A program made the position numbers and the translations under genes. A DNA stretch of 64,000 bases, from positions 1 through 64,000 of IMG/VR virus record IMGVR_UViG_3300028569_000020; one strand, given 5' to 3'. Shown piece after piece: positions 15,301 through 26,300 of this stretch. The notes under the pieces are model-generated. The model saw only the letters and a program-made list of their open reading frames with translations, did no database searches and was not told where the DNA came from. Position 1 is the stretch's first letter; every line of letters starts with the position of its first letter. The stretch comes from a virus.

Positions 15301-18300
15301 TTATCAAACGTTAGTATATTACAATTGTGGGATGAAAAATCTAACAGAGCAACCATCGAAAGCACTAGATACCAAACTACACAAACAGTAGTTTCTGTAA
15401 AAGATACTAACGTAAGAAGAGGTAAAGGATCTGTATTTGCATCTTCGATTGATACTTCAGAAACTCTTGCATATACATTTACGCTTCAACAACCATTTAA
15501 TGGAGATTTTAATCAATCTGGCAACAGAGTTGGCACAAAAACATTTAATATGATTGTTCCTGGACTAGGACCATTAAATGTTAATAACGTCAATAATTTA
15601 ATCATTACACTTGATGGTATTTTACAAGAACCTAATAAATCATTTACTATTTCTGGATCTTCAATTACTTTTGCTCAAGCACCATTAGGTAGCAGAACAG
15701 CAAATAATCAAAATATTGAAGCACAAAAATTTATCGGAAGAATTGTAAGATTTAAAAATGATTCTTTCAATGCGCAATATTTTAAAAAAATAAAAAATAT
15801 TGAAAGTAATTTTGATAGTAAACTTACCAGATTTCCCTTATATTATGAAGATGGCACAAATGCTATTTTAGACGCTAAAGAAAATCTAATAGTATCTCTG
15901 GACGGTGTTTTGCAGGAAAATAAAATGACACCATTAATTCCTGCAACTTCTTCTTACTATATTGATAGAAGCAAAACTCCAAATGAAATAGTTTTTATCG
16001 CTCCACCAACAAAATTAAATAATGACAATTATCAGAAATTTTTTGCTTACAGTGTGGGTAATTATGAAAGACTAGAAATAGACGAAAAGTTATTCACTGG
16101 AAAAAGAAAAGGTCCTTTTGTTCTTCGTAGTGTGTTAGGTAAACGCACGATTAATATTGATTCTGATAGAAATATTCTTTTGTTTAGAGAAGGAATATTA
16201 CAACTAAGGAATAGGGATTACATTATTACGGGGGCAAACATTATTTTTTCAGAAGCTCTCGTTGTCGGGCAAAAAATAAATATTCTTTATTTGTATGGTA
16301 GAGAAACTACTCCAAAATTAACGTTTCATAATTTTGAAGATAACAAATTTTTTAACACAATAAAAATTGTTGTGAATCAAAATGTGACAGCAAAAGATAT
16401 TCTTGGAAAAACTACAATATATCAAGGAAATTCAATTTCTTCTTGGGAATGTGTTGGAGAAATTACATCGTTTAAGCCAACAAACAACATCGCAACTTTT
16501 ACTATAAGACAACAAAATTCTTTATTTCAAAATAATAAAGATTTGAAAATTATTGGAAATGGATCAGAAATTGTTATCCCATTCAATCAAATTATTTCTA
16601 TTTCTGAATTTGATGAAAATGATGAAAAAAATGATTTGGTTTATCGATATAAATCTAATTTTTCAAATTTAAATTCAGGAGATTTAATTAAAATTGATGG
16701 AGAAAGAGATTATAGATCTATTTTAGAAATTCCTGAATTCGTCAATAAAAGAGGACACAGACCACAAGATTTAATTGAAAATAATCATTATGGATTAGTA
16801 AATGTAACTCAATATAATGGTATTATAGACGGTGTTGGGTTAAACGTTATTGCCAATATATCTAATGGAAAAATTTCTTCTTTAATATGGAATAATCGTA
16901 AATACGAAGAATACGCGGTTAGAACATTTGATGGAATTATTATAGCAAACCCAATTTATAGTAGGAGTGGATTTGTAGAATTAACTACGCCAAATTTAAT
17001 TAGATTGCGTAATAATACTACTTTAAATGTAATTAATGATAACGCAGCAATTGTAAATTATAATGAAGTTTCTATTCAACCCAATGCATTTGGTTATAAG
17101 GAAACTCCACAATTAGTCTTTGTACCTCAACCACAAAGAGATGTATATGGAAATATAACTGGACCAGTTGCTGGTGGTGGTGCATCTGGATTTGTTATAA
17201 TGGATAAAGGAGAGATTATTGATGTAATTCTTTCTAGTGTAGGAAGTGGATATTTAACGCCGCCTAAGATTTATGTGACGAGAGGGTATGACATTTATAA
17301 ACTTCCAGAAAATCTCATTAGATCTACCACTGATTTTACATTATCTCCAAAAATTACTTTTGATACTACTATCACAAGAGTAATTACAGTTATTCAATCA
17401 CCGTTTATTTTACCAGAAATACAAACAATTTCTGAAGTAAGATGTAAGTATGATTCTATTATACCAACTAAAATTATTACGCCAAAATCAGATGCGGTAA
17501 CAATAGAAAAAATAAACCATAATATAATTTCTATTATTACATTAGAAGCTCCAGAAGTTATTTCTATTACTAATGTATCATCTTTTAAATCATCAATATT
17601 TGTAATTCCTCCTGTAGTTACGAGTATAGTATCTTTAGTAAAAACTAGTGTCAATATTATAGAGTTTGGATCAATTGATACTTATCAAACTAAATTGAGT
17701 AATTCTAAATACAATTTTGATAAATTAGGAAATAAATTTGAAGTTTACGAAAATATTAAATTTTTGACAGATTTTGGTGCTGGAAATATTAATCAACAAA
17801 ATACATTAGAGATGATAGACACACATTATCCAACAATAACTTTAGGAGATTTTTCTGATGGATATGCATCTTCGACTGGTATTAATGGTGGAGTGTGGGA
17901 TTTAACATGGCCATCAATTTATGAATATGGCGCATTTTTAGACAGCTCTTTATCTGTAGCATCAGTAGGTGGTTATGATAATATTACTTCATTCCTTGGA
18001 CAAAATAATCTTGTCTTAATTTCTGGCGTATATACGATAACGGTAAATGTTGCTTTAAACGGAATAGTTACTTTAGTTAGTGTATCTCCTGGAGCACCTT
18101 CTGGTCTTTATATTACTTCTGGAGGTACACGGTTTATCTATAATCTCGCAGATACTATTGTTTATATACCAGATGCTTCTCGCTTTCCTTCAACAGGAAA
18201 ACTACTTATTGGAAACGAAATAGTCACTTATACTGGTAAACTATCTGATCGTTTTCTTGGTGTTACTCGTGGAGCAGAAAATACGATTATACAATCACAT

Positions 18301-18333
18301 AATCCAGGTGATTATCTGAGAAGTTTATTATAA
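9343..18333 (+). CDS. gp7: Baseplate wedge initiator gp7, 2996 aa, with a YHYH-like domain
   Basis: QLPEFI...FLQKYYE, LIKNIKQFYRAKGT, YQDYSYVVKS...VHPSGFKMFG; HSPILGYAYDGNPIYGPY; lies between gp6 and gp8. Confidence 0.85.
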   Translation: MATIQKRISTLVNQQLPEFISGEYPKFASFLQKYYEQLELTGQPLDIIQNLTKYNDIDTYEKDILSEYTTLTSNISATASTIQVADTYAFPETNGYVMINDEIIFYASKTSTSFLNCKRNLSGTTKLGDLYNASVYKTVTTHDLTTGFQHLVGEQAFNISNLFLYAFVKNYESEYLASFPEESLKPEVDKRTLIKNIKQFYRAKGTDQSIEFIFNSIVAQDSSDIPSIYYPKDNTLKTSTSNWINKYALKVKIISQIDPNDTPLLIGQKLIQEEDIYNPKVKNNFGVIDNVVFVGNYDGESIYEIVISPNSVVGEFQVAQKSFLTKRLLPGDTNNSRINVFSTTGWKNTQGKLLIGNEIFTFKDKTVNQFEIETRGGNGDYPINTPVYNYASLSTEAIINGVSRKIKFLALGVLYNINVSSGVPFSSEGDVVQIGDSGFETRNPIIYNKTLSSVRWKLNNSVSTSNISGLNNVLTDVAAIYEDEQYYYIASSGYPSYNIGNFTNISLKDQKHLKLIKKHPTRTTEIYKSSTRDVGVFLNGVVAYGYKDYDTIYDSNNNIVDNDIVYGGVVSVDVINKGKGYLTPPYVLISGDKGAIAKAILSGEVLDRIEIISSGEKYESNPQITITSGRGAQVSAVVTLDKVTKLVIDNPGEYYSSPPTIIISDAINRGKLAEYKAVISTDGKLIDTIKISEGKFYSQENIKIFVVSVGTDATANAFVKRWKINRFEKLKNVLDSNYGYYFENIEKSFGNGYAHLGSPVELRNQLGDTTSNEHSPILGYAYDGNPIYGPYAYFNPLDPSSNIKRMATSYRLKTDRINGPAISAYSLGYFIEDYRYQHRFGDLDDNNGRYCITPDYPNGVYAYFITINQSNIPVFPYIIGDTYYAIPVESNYANKIQHTNLPSNTKRLRTALMPKNGVNAQTIIETTKEGNVTSSIIESSNNIFSVGSSIIIDNSNTGGNEVSAEVSSIKGETIASIESNQTKAILIESKKPVYFFNRSIITQDGTNASGEVVGDIFSSNNFVLRNTTGVFNTVSKLNSNITVLNLIVDTESFYTKDAIIKFTNGKEVTVISIQSGFLKVASNPFINGDAIVFPQTINGILANTIYYVTNSSSNQFKISTTQTGAPLILQDFSSFGVVASSEIARGEILETVSGGNTVRVKVTDGNFIVSPLYYLKTSKIDDTVGSRVFKIDELSKNVEINSINQQIALVNTNSEHKLTENDSVIIDINPNDAITTTNYYVRKRIYQTVKLVAPSSTTFISDNGIGVIKRLNGGKDYANAGSAVYSNVELVFADQARLRNKNGIVVSSNAFIGSTGAPGNARANITVTNGVVSENGVSIVGKGSGYQIGDILTVSNTDLQRLSGSLSQSFLYLEVTHVGLGKTQTKLIVDSAFGISNGDVLKINNELILVNSILNNVITVTRGIQNTTATNHFINSPVSLNNARYNFIVGNRIGTSSGDAIINYYDSQSQELTVIFDINQNLESINQLTFTTNFSDTSSPTKVVKIDSVVKKANYKFEFSKFNSTGPWIKNPIIDIQQYYKYKFITNDSSLSGSFLEFSPSNNKNIITTEVIKGSFLPGSGSESNSFISVKFGFGDASPLNNYTQKKNLDFNNYFYYDKAGIVDSENSYLSVINDPLQGEKTVSYVSSNSFAYNLDRLPEYDATGTYNYTTTSISAIGVINNLRITNTGRAYKKLPTIYGSQVSPIFECIPNVNFDSETGKILSVSVNISGSGYSKPAAFLLNEKNSPEFQIVKGVGGKIVAILIKDNNITFSKKPIMFIIETDIVGYLGSNTIGIPKNIKIDYNGSNYYDDYSILPDYKSHQILQISNFVENCFLNGEIVKQFENNFLIAEGRIAVDGYRNKINILKLTDVKGEFKQNLLIIGQSKKNTALISDVFYSVLSPEIKSYYDNAGYYDTDSGKLSTADQKLTDAYFYQDYSYVVKSKSPINIWKKLVEQTVHPSGFKMFGEVLINATASTQMPEKQKILSNVSILQLWDEKSNRATIESTRYQTTQTVVSVKDTNVRRGKGSVFASSIDTSETLAYTFTLQQPFNGDFNQSGNRVGTKTFNMIVPGLGPLNVNNVNNLIITLDGILQEPNKSFTISGSSITFAQAPLGSRTANNQNIEAQKFIGRIVRFKNDSFNAQYFKKIKNIESNFDSKLTRFPLYYEDGTNAILDAKENLIVSLDGVLQENKMTPLIPATSSYYIDRSKTPNEIVFIAPPTKLNNDNYQKFFAYSVGNYERLEIDEKLFTGKRKGPFVLRSVLGKRTINIDSDRNILLFREGILQLRNRDYIITGANIIFSEALVVGQKINILYLYGRETTPKLTFHNFEDNKFFNTIKIVVNQNVTAKDILGKTTIYQGNSISSWECVGEITSFKPTNNIATFTIRQQNSLFQNNKDLKIIGNGSEIVIPFNQIISISEFDENDEKNDLVYRYKSNFSNLNSGDLIKIDGERDYRSILEIPEFVNKRGHRPQDLIENNHYGLVNVTQYNGIIDGVGLNVIANISNGKISSLIWNNRKYEEYAVRTFDGIIIANPIYSRSGFVELTTPNLIRLRNNTTLNVINDNAAIVNYNEVSIQPNAFGYKETPQLVFVPQPQRDVYGNITGPVAGGGASGFVIMDKGEIIDVILSSVGSGYLTPPKIYVTRGYDIYKLPENLIRSTTDFTLSPKITFDTTITRVITVIQSPFILPEIQTISEVRCKYDSIIPTKIITPKSDAVTIEKINHNIISIITLEAPEVISITNVSSFKSSIFVIPPVVTSIVSLVKTSVNIIEFGSIDTYQTKLSNSKYNFDKLGNKFEVYENIKFLTDFGAGNINQQNTLEMIDTHYPTITLGDFSDGYASSTGINGGVWDLTWPSIYEYGAFLDSSLSVASVGGYDNITSFLGQNNLVLISGVYTITVNVALNGIVTLVSVSPGAPSGLYITSGGTRFIYNLADTIVYIPDASRFPSTGKLLIGNEIVTYTGKLSDRFLGVTRGAENTIIQSHNPGDYLRSLL

Positions 18334-18337
18334 TCAG

Positions 18338-18351
18338 TATAAATATAAATA
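18338..18351 (+). promoter_or_regulatory. Tandem T4 late promoters TATAAATA
   Basis: TATAAATATAAATA upstream of gp8. Confidence 0.75.
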
Positions 18352-18384
18352 ACTCAGAATTAAAGTATCAACTAAGGAAAGACT

Positions 18385-20295
18385 ATGGCAGCTATTATTT
18401 CCGAGAAATTCAGAATTTTTAATGCAAAACAGTTTCTAGAATCTTTATCGGAAGGGGCTACTGGAACTGAAGCTACTTCTTCTGATAGAACAAAATCTTA
18501 TTTCTTTGTGGGAAGACCACAAAAATGGTCCGCATATTTAGAGATATATGCAGTAGTCGGCTCTTTTCAGGTTGGAGAGCAAATTTATGTTACTGGATCT
18601 GGAATTACTCTAGCAAATTCTTCATTTAAAGCTACAGTAGAAGCAGTTTACCCAAACAATATACTTGTTTCAAACGTATTTCCTAATATTGCTGCAATTC
18701 CTGGAATTGGAAGTCAGATAAAAGGAAATACTTCAAACGCAACTGCAACTGCTGCTGTGTATCGTTATGCAACAGATGAAATTCCTCTAAGACCAGCCGA
18801 TAACCAAGAAGAAGATCAAAGTATTCATGATGATATGATTGCTTTGAAAAGAATTAGTCCAGAACAAGTTAGATCAGTTGTAAGAAGATATAATTGGAAT
18901 CCAACAACAAACCCAAAGTTTGACATGTGGAAACCAGATTATTCTTATGCAAAATTAGCAGCGGTTGATCCAGATGGAAGTGGATCAGCTACTGCTGCTC
19001 AAAGTATATCAAATGCAAGATTTTATCTTGCAAATGAAAATTATGAAGTTTTTAAATGTCTTTACAACGGGCAAAGCGTTGCAAACCCAAGCGGAACAAA
19101 TGCAGCATTGCAACCAAAAATAAATCCAGGACCAACTGGAGAAGGCACATATGATGCAGCAACAGGAATTTTTACAGAATATCCAGTAGTATCTTCTAAT
19201 GGATATGTTTGGAAATACATGTATACTATTCCAACTAATGATGTTATTAGATTCTTATCTACCGACTTTATGCCGATTGTGCAAAATTCTACGGTGCAAA
19301 CACTAGCTGCATCACAATCTGGATCTATTACTGCAATTATTTTAACAAATTCTGGATCTAATTTACCTGCTAGCGCAACATTATATGCAGCAATCTTAGG
19401 AAACGGCACTGGTGGCAGAGTTAGAATTGAAACAACTTCTTCTGGCACCATCAGTGATGTATTTCTATGTAATAGTACTGCTGGATCTAGAGTTAATATT
19501 TCTGGACTTGGATATACCTATGCAAATATTATTTTAAAAAATGGATATTTGTTTGGAAACCCAGATCTTACAAATCCAATTACAATATCGTCAACTGCTA
19601 GCGGTGCTGTTGATGTTATTATTCCTTGTAAAGGCGGACATGGATCAAATCCTATTGATGAATTATTTGGAAAAAGAATAATGGCAAATATTCGCCTTAC
19701 TTTTTCCGAAGGACAAGGTGATTTCCCAGTAGATAATGATTTTAGAAGAATTGGAATCGTTACAGATCCAAGACTACCAGCACCGTCAACTGATTTTGCT
19801 ACTGCAGATACTTTAAGCGCATTATATGCTTTAAAATTAAATAATGTTTCTGGATCATTTCAACCAGACGAAGTTATTAAACAAGAAATTTCTGCTGGTA
19901 AATTTGCAATCGGCGCTGTCGTTTCTTGGGTTTTTGATGAAGTGCCAGCTGGGCAAACTCCATCTTCTGGTGTGTTGAAATATTTCCAAACTCCAGAATT
20001 ACATACAGATAATGGTGTTGTAAATTCTTTTGTTTCAGATGCTTCTAAATTAGTAACGGGGCAAACTTCCTTAATTACTGGTGCAGTGGAAGTAAACTTT
20101 TCGTCTTTAGTTGATCCAGACGGTAGTGGTCCTTTACTAACTCCTGGTGCTTTATTGGGAATGATATTCACCAACGGTTTAGCAACTCCAGAAGTTGCAA
20201 AATATACTGGTGATATTATTTACGTTGAAAACAGAAGACTTATCACAAGAGCACCCGATCAAATAGAAGACATTAAATTAGTAATCGAATTCTGA
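18385..20295 (+). CDS. gp8: Baseplate wedge subunit gp8
   Basis: MAAIISEKFRIFNA, VFKCLYNG, GYVWKYMYTI, YVENRRLITRAPDQIEDIKLVIEF. Confidence 0.92.
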   Translation: MAAIISEKFRIFNAKQFLESLSEGATGTEATSSDRTKSYFFVGRPQKWSAYLEIYAVVGSFQVGEQIYVTGSGITLANSSFKATVEAVYPNNILVSNVFPNIAAIPGIGSQIKGNTSNATATAAVYRYATDEIPLRPADNQEEDQSIHDDMIALKRISPEQVRSVVRRYNWNPTTNPKFDMWKPDYSYAKLAAVDPDGSGSATAAQSISNARFYLANENYEVFKCLYNGQSVANPSGTNAALQPKINPGPTGEGTYDAATGIFTEYPVVSSNGYVWKYMYTIPTNDVIRFLSTDFMPIVQNSTVQTLAASQSGSITAIILTNSGSNLPASATLYAAILGNGTGGRVRIETTSSGTISDVFLCNSTAGSRVNISGLGYTYANIILKNGYLFGNPDLTNPITISSTASGAVDVIIPCKGGHGSNPIDELFGKRIMANIRLTFSEGQGDFPVDNDFRRIGIVTDPRLPAPSTDFATADTLSALYALKLNNVSGSFQPDEVIKQEISAGKFAIGAVVSWVFDEVPAGQTPSSGVLKYFQTPELHTDNGVVNSFVSDASKLVTGQTSLITGAVEVNFSSLVDPDGSGPLLTPGALLGMIFTNGLATPEVAKYTGDIIYVENRRLITRAPDQIEDIKLVIEF

Positions 20296-20337
20296 GTTTT
20301 GTCTACACGGTATAATATAAACTTCAAATGAATAGAA

Positions 20338-23300
20338 ATGCCACAAAAGATTAATCTAAACACTAAAGAATATAATGACGATTTCGAATCGTCTAAAAAT
20401 TTCTATAAGGTAATTTTTAGACCAGGATATTCTATTCAAACGAGAGAATTGACCACACTACAGTCAATTCTCCAAAATCAAATTGAACAATTTGGAAAAT
20501 ATCAATTTAAACAAGGGCAACAAATAATTCCAGGTGAAATATCATTTAATAATAAACTACCATACGTAAAATTATCTTCTGTTTCTGAAGTTGCTGAAAA
20601 TGTGGGAGGAGAAATAAAATTCAATAAGTATGATATTAAAAATTTAATTGGTTTAACTTTAACTGGATTAAATTCTAATGTGCAAGCTATTGTAGTAGAA
20701 ACAAATTATGCATCAGAAACAGAATCAGATACAATTTATGTAAACTACATTAGTAGTGGTGACAGTAGTGAGAAAACTTTTCGTCAGGGAGAAGAATTAG
20801 AAGTAAATATTGCAAATAGTCCCAGATTAGTAGTTGGCACTGATAGTAGTTCTTTACCAAGTAAAATTATAACAATAAATCCAGATACTCTTGCTGCAAC
20901 AGAAATTGCAAGTACAGCAATGGGATTTGCATCTGCAGTACAGGTTGTAACGGGAATTTATTTTGTAAATGGATTCTTTGTGCAAAACGAAGAATCTCTT
21001 TTGGTTGTTGACAAATATAATACGCAACCTTCTAAAAAAATTGGATTTGTAATTTTAGAAGAAATCGTGACTCCAGAAAAAGACGCTTCATTATATGATA
21101 ATGCTAGAGGATTTTCTAACTTTACTGCGCCTGGAGCACATCGTTTAAAAATTGATTTAAAATTACAAGCATATGATTTAGATGAATTAACGGACGATAA
21201 TTTTATTGAGTTATTGACTTTAAGATTAGGAATAAAACAAAATAAAGTAACCAAAAAAGGTTATAATGAAGTTGAAGAAACTTTAGCAAGAAGAACTTAT
21301 GACGAATCTGGTGACTATGTTGTAGATAATTTTCCAGTAGAGATTAGAGAATATTTACAAAAAGGCGAAAATCAAGGAATTTATCCACTCAGAGTAGATG
21401 GAAAAGTTGGTCCAGATGAATTTACAGAATTAGAAGCAGAGACAAAAATTCTTGCTGGATTAGGATCTGGAAAATCTTATGTAAGAGGATATGAAATTGC
21501 AAACAAGGAAACAAAATTTATTAAGGTAGATAAAGCGAGAGATTCGTTAGTTAAAGAAAACAACAGAATTAAAACTTATGGATTGCCTTCATTTAATATT
21601 ACCAATGTTTATGGCACTATTCCATTAAATAATGAAGGCGAGCAATTAACAGCATACCCAACTGTTTATTTCTCGTCAGTATTTAATGACGGATATCTTG
21701 GATACAATGGAGATTATGTAACTAGAAAAACTTTATCTAGAAGATCACAAACATTAAAATCTTTAGCGAAAACAAATTTATTTCATGATTATGCAATAAA
21801 AACAATTTATGTAAAAGCAAAAGCACCATCAGCAGATTTTAGTTTTATCTTAGGGCAAAAATTATATTATGTTGCTAATTTAGGTCAAAATTTAGCATTA
21901 ACATCTGTAGATTATGTTGAAGTAATTGCATATTCTGTTGTTGAAAGAATAACAGATTTGGGTGGTGGCGATCTTTATTTAGAATTAACCGTTTTAGGTA
22001 ACAAACGAGATTTGCATGATAAATTTTTAGAATATGATGATGCCGATTTTATACCATCAGCATTGCCATCTACTGGAGCAACTGTTGATGTAAAAAGAAA
22101 ACAATTATTTTATAAAACGTTAAGTAGCGCCACAGACAATGGAGGATTCAATGCACAGAATTATTATTGGCAAGCAACGGGTGCTCAAATAGCAGTAGAT
22201 AAAATTGAATATGAAATGAGAGTAGTCAACACTACTAATACTTATGTTGGAAAAGTAACAACTTTAACTCCACATGGATTGTCAGCTGGTAGTGCTGTGA
22301 CAATATCTAATGCTCTTCCTAGTGTTTATAATGTTTCTGGAGCAATTGTATCTAATGCAACAAGCAATTATTTTGAATATCAATTATCAGGAAATCCAAA
22401 TTCAATTGCATCTGGTCCTATTAGTTTAACTGTGCCGCTATCTTCGGTAAATGCAATTCTACCATTTGGAGAAATTGTAGATTACAGTGATACTATTATT
22501 CCTTTAATTGGTTTTGCAAAACCAAAAAATATTTCTTTAGTTGAAAGAGGCAGTGGATTCAATCAACAAACAGATAGAATTATTTCTAAAGGAAGAGATT
22601 CTTTAGGAAATGTAAAATACAATAGTATTTTTAATTTAGAATATTTCAATCCTATTTTCTTTACAAAAATTATTACAGAAACTAAAATTAATAATGGATT
22701 TAGTGCTGGACAATATGTTGTTGGATCAAGCAGTGGAGCATATGCTGTAATTGAAGGCACAGGAGATTCCACATATAGTTCTTCAAATATAATATTTGTT
22801 AAGATGCTATCTGGAAATTTTATTTCTGGAGAGACGATAGCAGATGAATCTGGAAATAGCATTGAAATAGCCAAAGAAAATACACTATCTCATTTTATTG
22901 TTACTAAACGAGGTAGTGGTTATTCACAGTCAAACGTAGGTATATCAACTAAACCAATTTCTATAAATGGTAAAGCAATTGATGTTTCTGCAATTAAACC
23001 ACAATTAGTTGCTGGTAAAGTTATTAAGATTTCTATACTTAATAAAAAATTATTATCAGAAGAATTTGTTTCTCCTCCTTCTATTATTGTAAATAGTGAT
23101 TCTACTCCAACTCAAGCAGCGGTTATAAAATCTGTTTTATTCAAAAATGTAATTACTACGTACACGAATGAAAACGTAAAATCATTATACTCTGAGTTTG
23201 GTGATGGAGCAGTAAATAAATTTACGGCAGATGTAGAAACTTTTGCTGAAAAGTTTTCCACAAGTAAAAATGTAACAAATTTAACTTTTTCTGGTGGAAA

Positions 23301-26300
23301 AGGAGAAAAAGTATTATTCTGCCTTTCCTTTTCTGGAAATCCAGCAAATGATTTGATGCCTGGTGACATTATTGAATATGTGGACACTACTAATGTTGTG
23401 CGAAGAAATTTTGTAGAGTTAGTAACATCTTCTTCTGGACTATCAAGAGGATTGATATATCTAGATACTGCATTAAAACAACAAGTTTCTGGGTCAATCG
23501 TTGTAAGAAAGCGAGCAAAAATCACAAATCCTCCTAATTCATCATTGTTGTTTCCAATTGGGTTTAAATCACCAAAAACATTAATTCAAGATAGCGATAA
23601 TACTAGATTCAAATATTATGTGAGAAGAGATTTTATTACTATTTCTTCTACTTCTGGAGGAAAAATTACATTTTCTGCACAATTAAAATTTGGCACTCAA
23701 CGATTTGTTGAATTTAACGAAAACAATTTTCTATTAACAATTTTAAATAAAGGAAATTCAAACACTGGATTAGAAAATGGCGATGTAATGTATATTACTG
23801 GCGATCAAGTAACTGAGTTATCTACTGGTGGAGTTGCTATTACATTAGATAATTTAATCTTTAGATCTGATGCATCAACAGCTTCTAATGTAATTTTAAA
23901 ATTATCAGCAACAATTGAAATAGATAAAGCATCTCCAAAAACAAAAAACGCTATTAGAAACAAAAGAATTGTCGTTATCTCAAGTGGTGATAAAATAATT
24001 CCTTTTAGAGGATATGATTACGATGAGCAAACAGCGGATATAATTTCATATGCAGATGCATTTGGCGTTTACGGTGATAAAATTAAAGTTTTTGAAGGAT
24101 CTCAATCTAGCCCCCCTATTTTAGATGATCAAAATAATGTGCTTGATGGTTTTGATATTACAAATAGATTTACTTTTGATGATGGTCAAAGAGATACATT
24201 CTACGATGTTTCTCGATTAATATTGAAGCCTGGATATGTTTCACCAACAGGTCAGGTGGTTATTGTTTTTGATTATTTTGAGCATTCACAGGGAGATTTT
24301 TCAATTATTGATTCTTATACATTAACAGGCACACCAATAAGTGATATTCCTGTTTTCAACTCTCCTGTTTTAGGAAAAGTTTCTTTGGGAGATGTAATTG
24401 ATTTCAGACCAAAAGTTGATGTTAATACTATTATATCAGGATTTCAAAACAAAACATTATTACTTTCTGGAGAATCAATCGGATTTAATGGATCTGGTGG
24501 TATTCCATCTGCATCTTTAGCGCACGACAATATTTTAGAATCTTCTATTATCTTCAACAGTCAACAATACTTAGACAGAATAGACGGAATTTTCTTAAAC
24601 AAAAAAGGAGAATTTGTTGTAAAAAAAGGAAATTCTTCATTGAATCCATCTAAACCAGAAACACCAGATGATTCAATGGCATTATATTATTTGTTTTTAC
24701 CTGCGTATACCAAAAGTGTTGCAGATGTTAGAGTAACATCAGTTGATAATAGAAGATATACAATGCGTGATATTGGAAAATTAGAAAAACGTGTTGAAAG
24801 ATTAGAATACTACACCACAATGAGTATTTTAGAGCAACAAACTTTTAACATGCAAATCAAAGATGATATTGGATTAGATAGATTTAAATCTGGTATTGTT
24901 GTAGATACTTTCGAAAATCATGCAATTGGTAATTTATCATCTCTAGATTATAGATGCTCTATTGATACACAACAATCAATTTTAAGACCAAGATCAATAG
25001 AAGATTCTTATGCACTGGTTGAATTCAATTCAACCAATCAAGAAAGAGCGACCGATGGATATCAGATAACTGGTAACGTAATCACATTACCGTATACAGC
25101 ACAATCAGTAATTCAAAATAAATTTGCTACTAGTGGTGGAGAAATAAATCCAAATCCATTTGTAGTTGTGCAGTATGTTGGTGATTTGTCTATTTCGCCA
25201 AACATAGATCACTGGTATGATATTAAACAAACTCCATCTATTCTTAATAATGATACCAAAGTATTTTCTGTATTTTTATCCAAGTCAGATTCAAGAGAAG
25301 GATATTCTAGTTTAAATAATTTTTATCTAACTAATTGGATAGGCACAAATAGATCTTTTTATAATGTTAGCTCTTTAAATGAAGTAACTTCTAATACCAA
25401 CACCACAATATTGCCAGCAACACTTGCTACAAGCTCAAATATTAGTCCGCAAAATAATGAAATTGGTAAAGGAATACAAAGTGTAAATAACGGATCTAAG
25501 GTGGTCTCATCTTCAATTCAATTATATACTAGATCCAAAGAAATTAAATTCTTAATCAGGAGATTAAAACCAAATACTAGATATTATGCATTTATAGATG
25601 GTAGAGATGTTAGTAGGTGGATTGCTCAGGATACTAGATTCACTGGCATTCCAGGCAATTCAGTTGGAGTTTTTGGAGCAAATATTTCTGGCAACGCTAT
25701 TTCGTCTGATGTAAATGGAGATGCTAGTGGTATTTTAATTTTCCCAGCTGGTTATGCTCCAGTGCAGAATGCATCTTGGACTGGCGACATTAATACCGTT
25801 GTGTATGATAATGCAAAAGATTCTATAAAATTAAATTTTTCCACAGGAATTAAAACTATCAGATTTACTACGAGTGATGACGACAAAAACGATTCTACTG
25901 TAGATAGTTTTGCAGAATGCAAATACTATCCAACTGGTATTTTTCCGAATCAACCTGCGTCAATTATATCTACGATTCCTTCCTATTTTAAAGCGCCAGA
26001 AGGAATTCAATTCATTGATAATGCATCAACGCAATCAAAACCAAGTCCATTATCACAAACTTTTAAAGTAGAAAATTACGAAGGGGGAATGTTTGTCACT
26101 GGTGTTGATTTATTCATTTCTAAGAAAAGTGATACATTACCGATTAGAATTTATTTAACAGATACAAATAGTGGCAAACCTGGAAACTATATTATACCAG
26201 GCACAGAAGTTGTTAAACTGCCTGACACCTATTTAAAAATTACAGTCAGCGCAACTTTAAATCTTACCATAGGAGAGACAATTTCTGGAGGTACATCAGG

